Shown: positions 11,230 to 24,079, numbered from the whole stretch's first letter. The stretch is 63,839 nt of DNA, filler included, from Octopus bimaculoides (GCF_001194135.2; 6 parts of 5 records of this genome joined end to end with filler, not necessarily neighbours in it); one strand, 5' to 3'. Translations and numbers: made by a program. The notes: generated by a model from the sequence alone, not told the origin.

Positions 11230-13455
11230 GATAGGCCCTAAAATTATTCATCTGTCAAAAAGAAATACAGACAGTGACGAACTTCGATTATTGGTGAAAG
11301 TACTAATGTTCACACCTACACCTACAGTCAACCATCAGGAATTGGAGGAAGATATCCAAAACTTCTGTCGGAAACTACGACTTGTGGAGTTTTTACTGAT
11401 AAAAATAACGTGAATGACGAATCCATGGCGAAAAGTAAATCAAAATTTAAACCGCCAAAAGGACGAAATGCACATCTAAATCAGTTCATTGGTATCCTCT
11501 CCAGATTTCCACTGAGCCATAATATCAATGTCAGATCAAACATTTCAAAACTAGAAAAATCTGCCCTTATACGTCTTAACAATGACAAGACAATTGTCAT
11601 CAAACAAGCGGATAAAGGGGGGTGCCATTGTTATAATGGATACGGAATATTACCAGGATCTAGCTGAAGATCATTTGAAGGATACAACGTTCTACTGTGA
11701 AATACCCTCAAATATTGACCACCGCATCATGAAGAAACTCAATTATTTAGTCTTAAAACATTATAACTCCCTCACTCCTAATGAAAGGGACTATATTACC
11801 AATTTTGAGTCGAAATCCAGCAACTTTTATGGCTTACCTAAAATACAAGTCAAAGGTATGGCTTACCTAAAATACAAGTCAAAGGTATGGCTTACCTAAA
11901 ATACAAGTCAAAGGAAATACAAATCGCTATAAAGGAACAAAGTAGTGAATACATAAAACTACTACAAAAGACCCGTTATAGCTGGTCCAGCCTGTCCTAC
12001 ACATTGTCTGAGCAACCTCGTTGACATTATCCTAAAGTCACTATGTAGTTACATACCCAGTTTCATTCGGAGTGACATCGATTTCCTGTCACATCTGCCC
12101 AAAACAACGGAATCCAATTCACTGTTAGTTTTGATGTAACAAACTTATATGCAAACATTCCACATGATTTGGGAATTACTGCAATAAAAAATTGGGTCGA
12201 GAAACATAGAGTATTGTTCTCCTGTAGATTTACTGAAACCTTCATACTAGACGCGGTCAGCCGCATCCTCGAAAACAATGTATTCCTTTTCAACGGAAAA
12301 AAGCTACCTCCAAATTCGAGGCATAACTATGGGGACGCGATTTGCTCCAGTTTTCGCGAACTCAGTATTGGGATACTTGGAACAAAACGTATATTTAAAA
12401 AATTGAAGAGAACTAAGGCATGACCTTTGAAAGACATATAAAAGACACATGGAAAAGATAACTCGATGATTGTTTCCTAATTTGGACCAAATCCCTAGAA
12501 AATCTGGAAGAATTCAGCACCCTCCTCAACAATCTTCACTCTAGTCTCAAATTCACAAGAGAAATGAGCAACACATTTCTTGACATAGTGGTAATTAAAA
12601 ACAACACCTCAATCACAATTGATATTTATTACAAAAGCACAGATACACACCAGTACCTAAATTTCAAATCATGCCACCCAACACACACAAAACGCAACAT
12701 CCCGAACTGTCTATTCATGAAAATTTGTACTATAGTAGATGATCCAAATACATACGACTTACAGAACTCAAAGGATTTCTGCTCAAGCACAAATACCCTC
12801 TCCTACTTATAGAAAATAGCATACAACGAGCAAAAGAAATACCTATAGAACAACCTAGGGCAACACTAGAAAGACAGGCCCATCAACGGAACACAATGCC
12901 ATTTCTAGTAATACAGAATTCGTATCACCAAAACATTTTTAACATCATCAAAACAAATTTGCCAATCATGAAAAAAAGGGAAAAATTTAAAAAACATAAC
13001 TAATCAAACATTTATCTTAAGCAAAAGGCAACCACATAACCTAAAGAAACTATTAACAAAAGCAAAATTCAACATGAACAAACAGGATAAAACATTTACA
13101 GTAGCCATGTGTAATGATAACTGGTGTGGAACGTATCAATACATATATACTGGTAGATCCGTTAGAACAAAAAATAGACAGGTTTTCGCAAATGCAGATA
13201 TGAACTGCAAAAGCAGAAATTTTATCTACTGCACTAAATACCCTAATTGTGAGGAACCATATATTGGCGAGACAGGGAATACATTATCGGAACGCTCACG
13301 AGTCCACAGACAACAAATCTGGAACACTAATGTTCGCCAAATTCTGATCAGAAAATTTTCAAATTTTTCCTTTCCCTAAGCTACACGACACAAGTAAGGT
13401 TGGAAGATAGATAAAAGAAAAACGTTTTATTAAAATGTTCAAACCTGTTCTGAAC
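11230..13455 (+). pseudogene. Penelope-like element reverse transcriptase + GIY-YIG endonuclease, disrupted
   Basis: Motifs KQADKGGAIVIMD, FYGLPKI, VSFDVTNLYANIP, GITMGTRFAPVFANL (~12320-12365), WKR*LDDCF (~12450-12476), DIYYKSTDTHQYLNFKSCHPTHTKRNIP and IYC...PYIGETG (~13224-13278). Multiple frameshifts and stops. Confidence 0.92.
11828..11914. repeat. Perfect 3 x 29-bp tandem repeat inside the PLE RT
   Basis: TATGGCTTACCTAAAATACAAGTCAAAGG at 11828, 11857 and 11886. Confidence 0.95.
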
Positions 13456-13461
13456 GGAAAT

Positions 13462-13773
13462 AACAAGAGCACTCAGAGAGCGCAAACCTCCGCCAAGGCA
13501 ACACCGACGTCCTCCCAACGATTAGTCGGAGATGATTTTTAAAATGAGAATGTCTGAAATAAGCTCGACCGCTCTCACAAACGAGAATACTAAAAATGAA
13601 CCCGACCGCTCTCAGAAATTAAGTAAAAAAAAAACAGGGAAAATAAATTCAGAATCCTTGTCCCTGAAAGTTTCATTCGAATCCATCCAATAGTTCTTGA
13701 GATATCCTGTCCACGGACAAACAAACAAACACGACTGTAAACAATAGTTACGCCTTCGCTAAGGTAGAGGTAA
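13462..13773 (+). mobile_element. Non-autonomous DNA element, Helentron-associated (HINE/DINE-1-like) architecture
   Basis: Begins AACAAGAG, has subterminal CCTCCGCCAAGGC (13487-13499), and ends in a short hairpin plus a degenerate complement gccttcgctaaggtagagg-taat (13752-13773). No obvious TSD. Interrupts the PLE at the ORF end. Family assignment is from recalled architecture only. Confidence 0.5.
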
Positions 13774-13779
13774 TAATAT

Positions 13780-14330
13780 AACAACCAGTTAATGATGTGG
13801 ATTTTAAAATATCTTCAACATATGAATATAAACAATTTACAGAAGACTCCCACCAACTGAAATAAAAACGATCGAAACCAACGAAATTTTCTCACTCATA
13901 AAACCATTTCATGTAAACTGCAAGCTAATTGGTTAAAATAAAGGCGGGATCTATGCTAGTAATATCAGTGCGCCCGGCAAACCGTGACGTTTAAATTGCA
14001 TGTAAATTGGTCAAACTATATTCGAAAAATCCAGCTTGTGGAGCCTTCAAAGATGTATAAAAAGGAAGTCAGTCATTTTACTACAGTTGTCAAGAACTCG
14101 ACTGTCAGTTAAATAGATCTTGATATCTGATGACTATTACGAACGTATGAAAGCGCTAATTGAACTTTATGAACATTACAAAATATTGTTTAAATGTTTA
14201 ACACTCTTCAACATTATAGAAAAATTTTTTTTAAATATAATAATAAAAAAAACGTGAAAACCAGACCATGTTTTAACTTTATTCAACTGATACGCATTTC
14301 AACTGGTATTCATTTTCTATACACATTTAC
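13780..14330 (+). mobile_element. 3' UTR/pseudo-LTR of the Penelope-like element
   Basis: Follows the GIY-YIG domain directly once the 13462-13773 insert is removed. Contains a hammerhead-like motif at 14121-14165. Confidence 0.55.
14121..14165 (+). ncRNA. Degenerate type-I hammerhead motif
   Basis: CTGATGA (14127-33), TACG-AA-CGTA stem II, GAAA (14149-52), palindromic AGCGCT stem III, CUA triplet. Stem I pairs poorly. Confidence 0.5.
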
Positions 14331-14676
14331 ACANNNNNNNNNNNNNNNNNNNNNNNNNNNNNNNNNNNNNNNNNNNNNNNNNNNNNNNNNNNNNNNNNNN
14401 NNNNNNNNNNNNNNNNNNNNNNNNNNNNNNNNNNNNNNNNNNNNNNNNNNNNNNNNNNNNNNNNNNNNNNNNNNNNNNNNNNNNNNNNNNNNNNNNNNNN
14501 NNNNNNNNNNNNNNNNNNNNNNNNNNNNNNNNNNNNNNNNNNNNNNNNNNNNNNNNNNNNNNNNNNNNNNNNNNNNNNNNNNNNNNNNNNNNNNNNNNNN
14601 NNNNNNNNNNNNNNNNNNNNNNNNNNNNNNNNNNNNNNNNNNNNNNNNNNNNNNNNNNNNNNNNNNNNNNNNNNNN

Positions 14677-15712
14677 CTGGTGTGCGCCTGGCACACTGCC
14701 AATAAAATTGTTAAGTTGACGAAACTTCCAAAAGTAACAGTTTATCGTGTGTATAAACAAAGTTTCTCGCTCGCCTCAAACGCTCGATTGAAGCCAACCC
14801 ATCCACATCCATGACAACTCTTGCAAAGAAATGCAATGTGTCCCTTTTCACGGTGTCCAGAACTGTGAACATGAATCTTTATATGACTAGCTATGTTCAA
14901 CGATTTCGTCCCCCAAGGCCAAAGCAATCAGAGCCGGGAGATGCCCAAAGCTTCTGTCATTCATCAAGCATCAAGGTGCAGGAAAAACTCTCGTGTTTGG
15001 AGAGAAGTTCACTGTGGACGCTGAGATGAATCGCAGAAATTCTTGACTGATTGCATACAACCCTTCTGACGCCCCCACCTCCGAGTTTGAGACTAAAAAT
15101 CCTGCCTCTGTGACGGTATTTGGAGCCGTGGTGAGTAATGGAAGTGTCATGGATCCACACTTCATTGAGTCTGGCTTGAGGATCAACACAAAAGAGTATC
15201 TGGACATCCTAAACAACTCACTCTTATCTTAGATAGAGCAGAAGTTTGGGCTTTGACAATGTGGTACTTATCCAGGATTCTGCGCTATGCCAAGGCTCAA
15301 AGGCAACACAGGCCTTCCATGGTGAGAAAATACCACCCTAACCCTAACCCTAATCCTAACTCTAAGGCGAACATCTAGCCAAGTAATAGCCCAGATCTCA
15401 ACCTTCTCGATTACTTTTTATGGGGCGTACTTCAAGTAAGGACCAATGCTTCACCACACTCGAGTGTCAACAGTTTGAAGACCTGCATCGTGCATGCGAT
15501 ACACAAAATTAAAAAGGCGTAAGTTGCGGCAGTTGCGAAAAAATTTCGTTCACGTGTAGAGGTCGTGTGGAGGGCGACCATATTGAGTGATAAATGTTTT
15601 CGTGGTAATAAATGTTACTTTAAAATTATATCTGTCTACTACCGTTATTTTAGTATTTATAACCAGTTTCATGCATCGTAAAATTGTTTCAATTTATCTG
15701 CAAGATCCTGTA
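14677..15712 (+). pseudogene. Tc1/mariner-superfamily transposase remnant, maT (DD37D)-like; left part lost in the N gap
   Basis: KIVKLTKLPKVTVYRVYK (HTH), EKFTVDAEMNRRNS, PASVTVFGAVVSNG, INTKEYLDIL, LIQDSA and SNSPDLNLLDYFLWG. Ends ...caagatcctg|TA. The DD37D spacing assumes the 15336-15365 hexamer run replaced about four codons. Confidence 0.8.
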
Positions 15713-16649
15713 TATATATATATATGTGTGTGNNNNNNNNNNNNNNNNNNNNNNNNNNNNNNNNNNNNNNNNNNNNNNNNNNNNNNNNNNNNNNNNNNNN
15801 NNNNNNNNNNNNNNNNNNNNNNNNNNNNNNNNNNNNNNNNNNNNNNNNNNNNNNNNNNNNNNNNNNNNNNNNNNNNNNNNNNNNNNNNNNNNNNNNNNNN
15901 NNNNNNNNNNNNNNNNNNNNNNNNNNNNNNNNNNNNNNNNNNNNNNNNNNNNNNNNNNNNNNNNNNNNNNNNNNNNNNNNNNNNNNNNNNNNNNNNNNNN
16001 NNNNNNNNNNNNNNNNNNNNNNNNNNNNNNNNNNNNNNNNNNNNNNNNNNNNNNNNNNNNNNNNNNNNNNNNNNNNNNNNNNNNNNNNNNNNNNNNNNNN
16101 NNNNNNNNNNNNNNNNNNNNNNNNNNNNNNNNNNNNNNNNNNNNNNNNNNNNNNNNNNNNNNNNNNNNNNNNNNNNNNNNNNNNNNNNNNNNNNNNNNNN
16201 NNNNNNNNNNNNNNNNNNNNNNNNNNNNNNNNNNNNNNNNNNNNNNNNNNNNNNNNNNNNNNNNNNNNNNNNNNNNNNNNNNNNNNNNNNNNNNNNNNNN
16301 NNNNNNNNNNNNNNNNNNNNNNNNNNNNNNNNNNNNNNNNNNNNNNNNNNNNNNNNNNNNNNNNNNNNNNNNNNNNNNNNNNNNNNNNNNNNNNNNNNNN
16401 NNNNNNNNNNNNNNNNNNNNNNNNNNNNNNNNNNNNNNNNNNNNNNNNNNNNNNNNNNNNNNNNNNNNNNNNNNNNNNNNNNNNNNNNNNNNNNNNNNNN
16501 NNNNNNNNNNNNNNNNNNNNNNNNNNNNNNNNNNNNNNNNNNNNNNNNNNNNNNNNNNNNNNNNNNNNNNNNNNNNNNNNNNNNNNNNNNNNNNNNNNNN
16601 NNNNNNNNNNNNNNNNNNNNNNNNNNNNNNNNNNNNNNNNTATGACATA

Positions 16650-16800
16650 GGTGAGCACATAAGTGCAAGACAAGGTGGAAAAAATAGATTTCGAATACCA
16701 AAGGTAAATAAATACGTATTTATCACAACTGTCCGACGAACGGGAACGTGAAACTCTGAGTAACAGTTCTCTGACAATTTTACAGCTTTAATAAAAGGTA
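16650..16800 (+). mobile_element. Short PLE-type terminal-repeat fragment
   Basis: Carries a well-paired hammerhead fold at 16727-16768. It sits between a gap and a (CA)n/SINE junction. Confidence 0.5.
16727..16768 (+). ncRNA. Minimal type-I hammerhead ribozyme fold with U4C core variant
   Basis: AACTGT (16727-32)-CCGACGA-ACG GGAA CGT-GAA-ACTC T GAGT-A-ACAGTT (16763-68). Perfect 6-bp stem I, 3-bp stem II, near-palindromic stem III, GUA triplet. Confidence 0.7.
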
Positions 16801-17460
16801 TACACACACACACACACACACACACAATGGGCTTCTTTCAGTTTCTGTCAACCAAGTCCACTCACTGGGCCTTTTAGTATTATATGCCCCAGGGCAAATC
16901 AATTTAGTAGGCTTTATAGTATTTATTTATTGTATGCAGTCATAGATAAGAATTGTTTACAAAATACAAAAGTAAAAACACAAAGACGATTCCACGAAAA
17001 GATAGATATGGAGAAAAAATTAAAGAGAAAAAAAGCCTGTCTCAATTATGCAGTCATCGCATAATTGAGTCCGCTGCCCTAACCACTGGGCCATTGCGCC
17101 TCCACGCTAAAATGATTAGAAGTGGAAGAAGTTGGCTTAAGGTGTGGTTAGCAACAGAGACAACAGTGACCTGGCAAAGGTGTGTGTGAGAGAGAGAGAG
17201 GGCGGGGAGATAGCAAGCACGTGATTGTGTATGATGCTAATGTGTGCGTGTGTATGTGTGTGTGCATGGACGCGCGTGTGCATATAGACTAAGTGGATCC
17301 TCCGTCGATTTCCACGATGGTTGTTCCAGTTCTTCGTTGAACCGAACTACGGATCTTTGTGATTTGACGGGCAACATTTGTTTTCTTAACGAAACACTTT
17401 CAAACTTGGGACACTGGTAGAATGTGTCATATAAAACAACTTCTCTTAACCTTCTTAACA

Positions 17461-18072
17461 AAATTTTGTACATCGCAAGTTATTTCATGTTAAAGTTGTC
17501 GTATTTCTGTAATTTCAACCAATCACTGACGTCTATTCAGCTGAATACAGTTACTGCAGTTTTCTAGACAGTAGCTTTTGACCGGTAAGAAAAATGTTAT
17601 TCCCCTGACATATTTCATCCGGTTTAATCGTAATTTATACGCATATATTGTTTATATAATAAATTATGCTGTGCGTATCTGTGTGTGCATATTTTCCCCA
17701 TAACCTCACTCATAACCCTAACCCTAACCCTAACCCTAACCCTAACTCTAAAACCCGAACCCTAACCCTAAACTAGAGTTTGATTTGAAGANNNNNNNNN
17801 NNNNNNNNNNNNNNNNNNNNNNNNNNNNNNNNNNNNNNNNNNNNNNNNNNNNNNNNNNNNNNNNNNNNNNNNNNNNNNNNNNNNNNNNNNNNNNNNNNNN
17901 NNNNNNNNNNNNNNNNNNNNNNNNNTAATCGGAAATGTTAGAACTAACGGGGATTAATACCATATACACCGTTACAGCACTTACTGTTTTCAACTGAATA
18001 GACGTTAGTGATTAGTTGAAATTATCGAAATAAGACAATTTTTAACATGAAATAACTTCGAATACAAAATTT
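17461..18072. mobile_element. MITE with ~90-bp imperfect TIRs and internal (CCCTAA)n
   Basis: aaattttgta..aagttatttcatgttaaa..aatcactgacgtctattcag (17461-17550) is inverted at 17982-18072. (TAACCC)n at ~17700-17775. Confidence 0.8.
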
Positions 18073-18550
18073 ATTATCTGTTCTATACCACAAGATATAC
18101 AAGTATACGAAGTTTGAAAGTGTTTCGGTACCAAAACACTACATAAAAAAATGTTGCTCGTCAAATCACAAAGGTCCCCGAACTACTCGATCATTAAACC
18201 ATATATTCCACAGGCACGAACACTCTCACTGAAATCTCAAAGCAAGATCGACATACCACATGGCTGGTTATTTGAATTACAAATACAGTCTATTCGAGAA
18301 GCATCCATAGTCTCCATCTGCTCAAATTCACTTAACAAGTTTTAGTTCCTCATGTTGCTATGCTAAAACACGCTCACTCAATATTATAAGCATTGGAATA
18401 GTACGAGACACCCATTGTCGCAAGGCGAACTATTTAACTACTCATCTATCTCTATTTTCAAATATGCGAACAAGAAAAAGCACAAACACGCGTGCGTGCT
18501 CTCGCTCACACATACATAGATACATACATGTCTGTATATATGTATATATA

Positions 18551-18805
18551 TACACTCATATAAATAGTATATATATATACCTATATGTGTATTTATATAA
18601 ATACATTTATATATACATGTAGACACATGTAGACATACACTCATATAAATAGTATGTATATATACCTATATGTGTATTTATATAAATATATTTATATATA
18701 CATGTAGACACATGTATATATACACTCATATAAATAGTATGTATATATACCTATATGTGTATTTATATAAATATATTTATATATGCATATAGACACACAT
18801 GTATA
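18551..18805. repeat. 85-bp minisatellite, 3 copies
   Basis: Units starting tacactcatataaatagtat at 18551, 18636 and 18721. Confidence 0.9.
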
Positions 18806-18827
18806 CATAAATAAAGGCATATACACA

Positions 18828-18864
<37 letters not shown>

Positions 18865-19084
18865 GCTTACATACACACACACACACAAACACACACACAC
18901 ATATATATGCACATATATATGCTTACGGATATGCATATCCCTACGCCTTCAATCATCGACATATGATTAACAATAGGCAATAATATAACGTCCAGAATAT
19001 GACATCTCTCGATTGTAAATGCTGGCGCCGTTAAGTAAGTCAAAATGACAGAAATTACACAGTATACATACATACATGCAAACA

Positions 19085-19146
<62 letters not shown>

Positions 19147-19402
19147 TTGCAAGATTTTTGATGTGAAATCGTGTGTTGAAACAGATGTTGTTGTACTTGG
19201 GGACGGTCATATTGCCAGTTTAGCCAATAAAAACACACGCACTGTATATTTGGTGTTAATTTGCTTCAGCTTTATATTACATTAATCTTAATCTTATTTC
19301 GGNNNNNNNNNNNNNNNNNNNNNNNNNNNNNNNNNNNNNNNNNNNNTTAATTAATTAANNNNNNNNNNNNNNNNNNNNNNNNNNNNNNNNNNNNNNNNNN
19401 NN

Positions 19403-19443
<41 letters not shown>

Positions 19444-19448
<5 letters not shown>

Positions 19449-22200
19449 CCAATATCCAGGCCTTCACTGCTCCTGAAGGAAGAACTGCCTCCCTGGACTC
19501 CTTCCACCACTATCTGTCTCTGGCCAGTCATGGCCATGTAGACCCCAGGTAGTAGGTGAGATCATCTTACCATCTTAGCCTCTTGATCTTGTCCATTGTC
19601 TTTGTTTCCATTTCAACACCTTGATTATCCATTTCTTGTCCTTCAGTCATGTGATGTGGCCAACCCATCCTTGTTCTCTGTCCTTATGCTGTCCTTGACT
19701 CTTGTGTGCCGTCATATCCAGGCACTGGTTTTCTTGTCCCACAATGTGATACTGAGCAGGATTCATTCTATTTCTCGTTGGGCTACAATGAGGCAGTTCA
19801 TCATGGAAGTATTGAGAGCCCATGTTTCATTCCAGTAAATCTTCACTGGCAGGATGTACACTTCAAAGATCTCTCTTCTAATTTTCATGGCAGCCTTGGG
19901 ACTTCTCATGAGGTTTTCTGGCTTTCCAGAGGTTACTCAACCAAGTGCTATTTTTCTCTGAATTTCTGAGAGGAGATTTGTATCTTTTGTTACCATCTTT
20001 CCCAAGTAAATGTTGCTGTCTACTTCCTCTATGACCTTGCCATTTATAGTGACAGGTACTGGCATAGCATGCCTACTGAACATGATCGTGTTCTTTCCAA
20101 GATTCATGTAGAGGCCAACAGGTTGGTTTGTAGTGTGGATATCAGTGATCATTTCCTCAAGTTAGGCTTAAGTGTTGTTGAGATACCATCTGCAAAGTCC
20201 AGGTGAGATAGTTGTTTTCTGTCAATGTTGATGCCCTTCTTGTCCAATTGGATCTTTTTTTTATAACAGTGTCTTGCGGGTATGATGTAAACATCTTCAG
20301 TGATATGTCATCTTACCTTGTTCCTCTCTTCAGCTTGATCTTATTGCTATCTTGGTGTAGTCAATGTTGCACTGTTGTAGAAATCTTTCAATATTGTAAT
20401 GTGGAAGGGGCCTACTCCTTGGTTCTTCAATGCAGTAAGGAGCAGTACAAATTCTATGGAGTCAGAGACCTCATAGTGAACAAAAGCAAAACAGAGTGGG
20501 ATGTTGTATTCATTTCCCTTCTCTTGCAGTCAATTGACAACTTGAATGTGATCAATAGTAGAAAATGCTGTCCTGAAGCCAGTTTGTTCTTTTGGTTGAT
20601 AGGGTCCAAGATGTTGAGTAGTCTTCTAAGCATAATGTGGGAAAATACCTTGTAGATGATGGGTAGGAGGCTGATGGGACACAAGTCCATTCTATCACCT
20701 TTCTTGTAAAGCAACAACACTATTGCATTCTTCCACCTCTTGTGAACTTTACCTTCTTCTAAATATCTGTTCAACAGTTTGGTGATCATCATCATGATAG
20801 GGTCTCCACAATCCTGAAGAATGCCAGAATTGAGATGTTGTCCTCTCCAGGTGCCTTATTTCTCTTAAGTTATTTGGTGCTCACTCTTATCTCTGATGGT
20901 ATGATGGGAGGAAGGTGTAGAGTTGGAGTTGTGTTATTGGAGAGTGGATGGTCTTGAGATCATCAGGTGCAATACACCTTGCTATAGAATCTTTCACATC
21001 GTTTGATAAACCTGTTAAAGTCACTGATGATTGTGCCATCTTCTGACATGGAGTTGATATTATCTTTTCTCAAGCATTGCTTTCTCTTCACTGACTTCAG
21101 GTCTCTATTTTCTTTGAGAGAATTTAGCTGTTCATCTTTGTCATATTTTCTAATGTCTTCTTTTATTCAATGTTGAATGATTTTACAGGCTTCACCATAT
21201 TCAGATGTTCTGAAAATATGTCCTTCTTCTTTTTATCTGCTGTCGCTTCTCTCTGGGTTGTTTGGTTTCTGGAGAAAGCTTGTGGTTTATTACTCCTAGC
21301 TGTCATTACAGATGTATCCATCATAGTAGTAGTGATTTTCTCTGAATAAGCGTTGAGGTCATCATCTGTATGATGCTGTTCCAAGGATTCAAAACTGTTG
21401 CTAAATAGGAGTTGGAAGTGTGCTGTCTTTGCCAATAGCACTGAAGAGTTTCGCTTCTTTATGTATTTGGTTAGTCTAGTTCATTCCAGCATTGTATTGA
21501 TAGTGATTGATGTTCACAGTAGGTGGTGGTCACTGCTTGTATTGAAAATGTTAATGACCAAGACATCTTGAAATATCTGTGGCTTGTCTGTTAGGATGTG
21601 ATCAATTTCATTCTTCATAGTACCACTGGGTCAAATCCATGTCCATCAACTGCAAGTCTTCTTGAAGACCGTACTCATGATCTCTCGCAGATGCCCCTTA
21701 CCGAATTTGAGTGACCTCTGCTGTTCCTTCTACCAGATCCAAAGTGACCAGTGTGCAACTCTTCTGGTCTGCCTGTTCCTACTTTTGCATTGAAGTCCCT
21801 TATGATGTTGTAATGAGCTTTGCTGTTTATGAAGAGATTGCTTATGTCTTCATAAATAACCTCAATTTCTTCATCTGAATGACCAGTTGTTAGTAGATAT
21901 GCTGACCAACTGAGACTATGGATTTCATCCAACCATCTCATTCTTGGTCAACTCCCAGGTCCCCTACCAGTTAGCTCAGCTTGAAGAGTCCATATTGCAA
22001 TTCTTTCTTGTAACCTTCTAATTACGTTTCAATAGTTACTGGCGTTATGACTACTCAATGCAGAAAAGTAGTGACTCACTCAGAAAAGACACTCTGATCT
22101 CTGAGTTACATATATATCCTGTTGAGTAACTTCCCTTCAGAGATTCTTCAGAAGAACCCTATCTTGACCTTTTGTATGTGCAATTGTGCTGTTTCAAACA
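19444..22200 (-). pseudogene. RTE-clade LINE (APE + RT), decayed
   Basis: Minus-strand fragments IIRDFNAKVG (APE), WKNAIVLLLYKKGD..CPISLLPIIYKVFS, AGFRS-like/TIDHIQV region and INGKVIEEVDSNIYLG (RT). The 3' end abuts (TA)n at 19443. Confidence 0.85.
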
Positions 22201-22439
22201 TTACCCAACATTTGTGACTATAGGTGAGGACAGGCACGGAAACCAAATTGAAGATAGCAGTTTTGTCTTTTTTTATGAACTTCTCCTCTGAGGATCAAAT
22301 ACTGGAGCTAGCACATTACTATGCATGCATCTGCAATTCTAGTGTCCAATTCAACTTCCTGCTTCTCATTACTCATGAATACGGCCCTGAGATACCTGAA
22401 CGTCTCCACTTGACTCAGTGATATTCCAATAACATGCAG

Positions 22440-23090
22440 AGTATATTGGAAAGACTTTCTTGAGAAGGTCAATATCTAGTCTCAGTCTTTGCAACATTAA
22501 TTCTCTTCCTTGCTTGGCAGCTTTCACCAATGAACCTATTTAATGCATGCTGGAGGTCATCTTCTGATGAGCCAAGTAGCACACTATAGCAGCCAATGAA
22601 AGCTATAAACACTGACTGTGATGCCATTTCCACAAGAGCTGCACATGTCAATCCAGTTTACGAAAATTATGAAAAACTATGCACATTCCTGCTGAGGTTC
22701 AACAGCCATGTTGAAAGATTTTGACTTAACACCATTTGCCCAAACATAAATGTTCGGGCATTCATATAAGGACTTTGCAGTAACCAAAAGTTACTCATTA
22801 AACTCAAAATCATGCAAAGCCCACCACAGCATGTTTCATGACATTCAGTGGAGGGTTTGGCATGACATGCAATCACATGTCTATCCAAAGTCTACAAAGC
22901 AAGTATATATCTTTTAGCAATAATCCCACAATTTCTGGAAGACATACCATGAGTGAATATCTGGTTGGTTGTGCTGTGTCCAGGACACAAACCACACTGT
23001 ACTTCAGCTAGTTTGGAATCGACAATTTCCTTACATTTTTTTATCAGGTACCTAATGTACACTGAATTGGAGACGCTCAACAAAGAGATT
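22440..23090 (-). pseudogene. Second RTE-like RT fragment, internally deleted
   Basis: VDSKLAEVQCGLCPGHSTTNQIFT and LLGSSEDDLQHALNRF...INVAKTE motifs. Confidence 0.7.
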
Positions 23091-24079
23091 CCTCTATAAT
23101 TAAAATACTATTTTTAAAAATTGGGATTACCACCCCAGATTGTCATTGCTTTGGTGTCTTTCTAGAAGTGCAAGCCACCTGGCATACACAAATCAGCCAA
23201 AGAATACCGTCTATGTTTAAAGCTTTTACCGAGTACTTTAATCACCTTTATGATTTCAGCAGGATTTTGTGCTCTGCTCAGTAGCAAAACACATTGACTA
23301 TTGTAGAAAACTTTTAATCTTTTGACCATGTAGTGTACCACTTTTACTGTTGCCAAACCCAAATAAATCAACATATTTCTAAAGATCTTTTGAAATTCCA
23401 AATCATAACAGGTCATTGCAAAAATGGGGGAGGCATAAGAAAAATTTTAATATGAAATATTACTTTCTTATCATTAGATAAAAAAACCCATATATTTTTG
23501 GTTAGGAAAGACTAAAAGAAATTGTATACGTCTTTTTCAAGAGAAAAAATGTTTTAGTAGCATAATTTAGAATTAAAATAGCTTCAACTGAAAATGAAAG
23601 CAAGAATAGATTTTGATTTTGTTGAGAAACACCACTCTTTCTATAATAATTTAATTGCTATAATTTTCATGAAGGCTGAGGTCTGACATAATCTGATTAA
23701 TAGATAAGTTGTTAAAAAAAAAATCAGAGTTTAAAACAAAGTACATGATTACTTCTGACAAAAATGCATGAACTTTACTAGTTGACTTGAGTAGTTAGTT
23801 AAGTCATTACTTTTATGATCAAATATCCCAACATCACAGAAAGCATTTATGACACAAATCTACTAACATCACAAAACATTTATGACGCAAATCTACTAAC
23901 AGCACAGTTGATGGTAATCATATTGTAATCACTAGCCATTTATAACAAAATTATACTAACATCTTAAATGGCAGTGATCAAACTTTAATCAGTAGTTATT
24001 TATGATATAAAAGGCCCAAATTCATGACTGATAAAATAATCAAATCTACCACTGACTAAAATACATTGAAAAATCAAAA

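Noticed and set aside
9245-16825. Long ORFs of 190-378 aa in the ORF track (also 34.5-35.2, 36.0-36.7, 39.4-40.3 and 53.5-54.4 kb)
   Set aside because: They are made of translated N gaps (X) and flanking dinucleotide repeats.
22565-22610. CTGATGA...GAAAG on the plus strand
   Set aside because: No stems. It is the antisense of the LINE RT peptide LLGSSEDDL.
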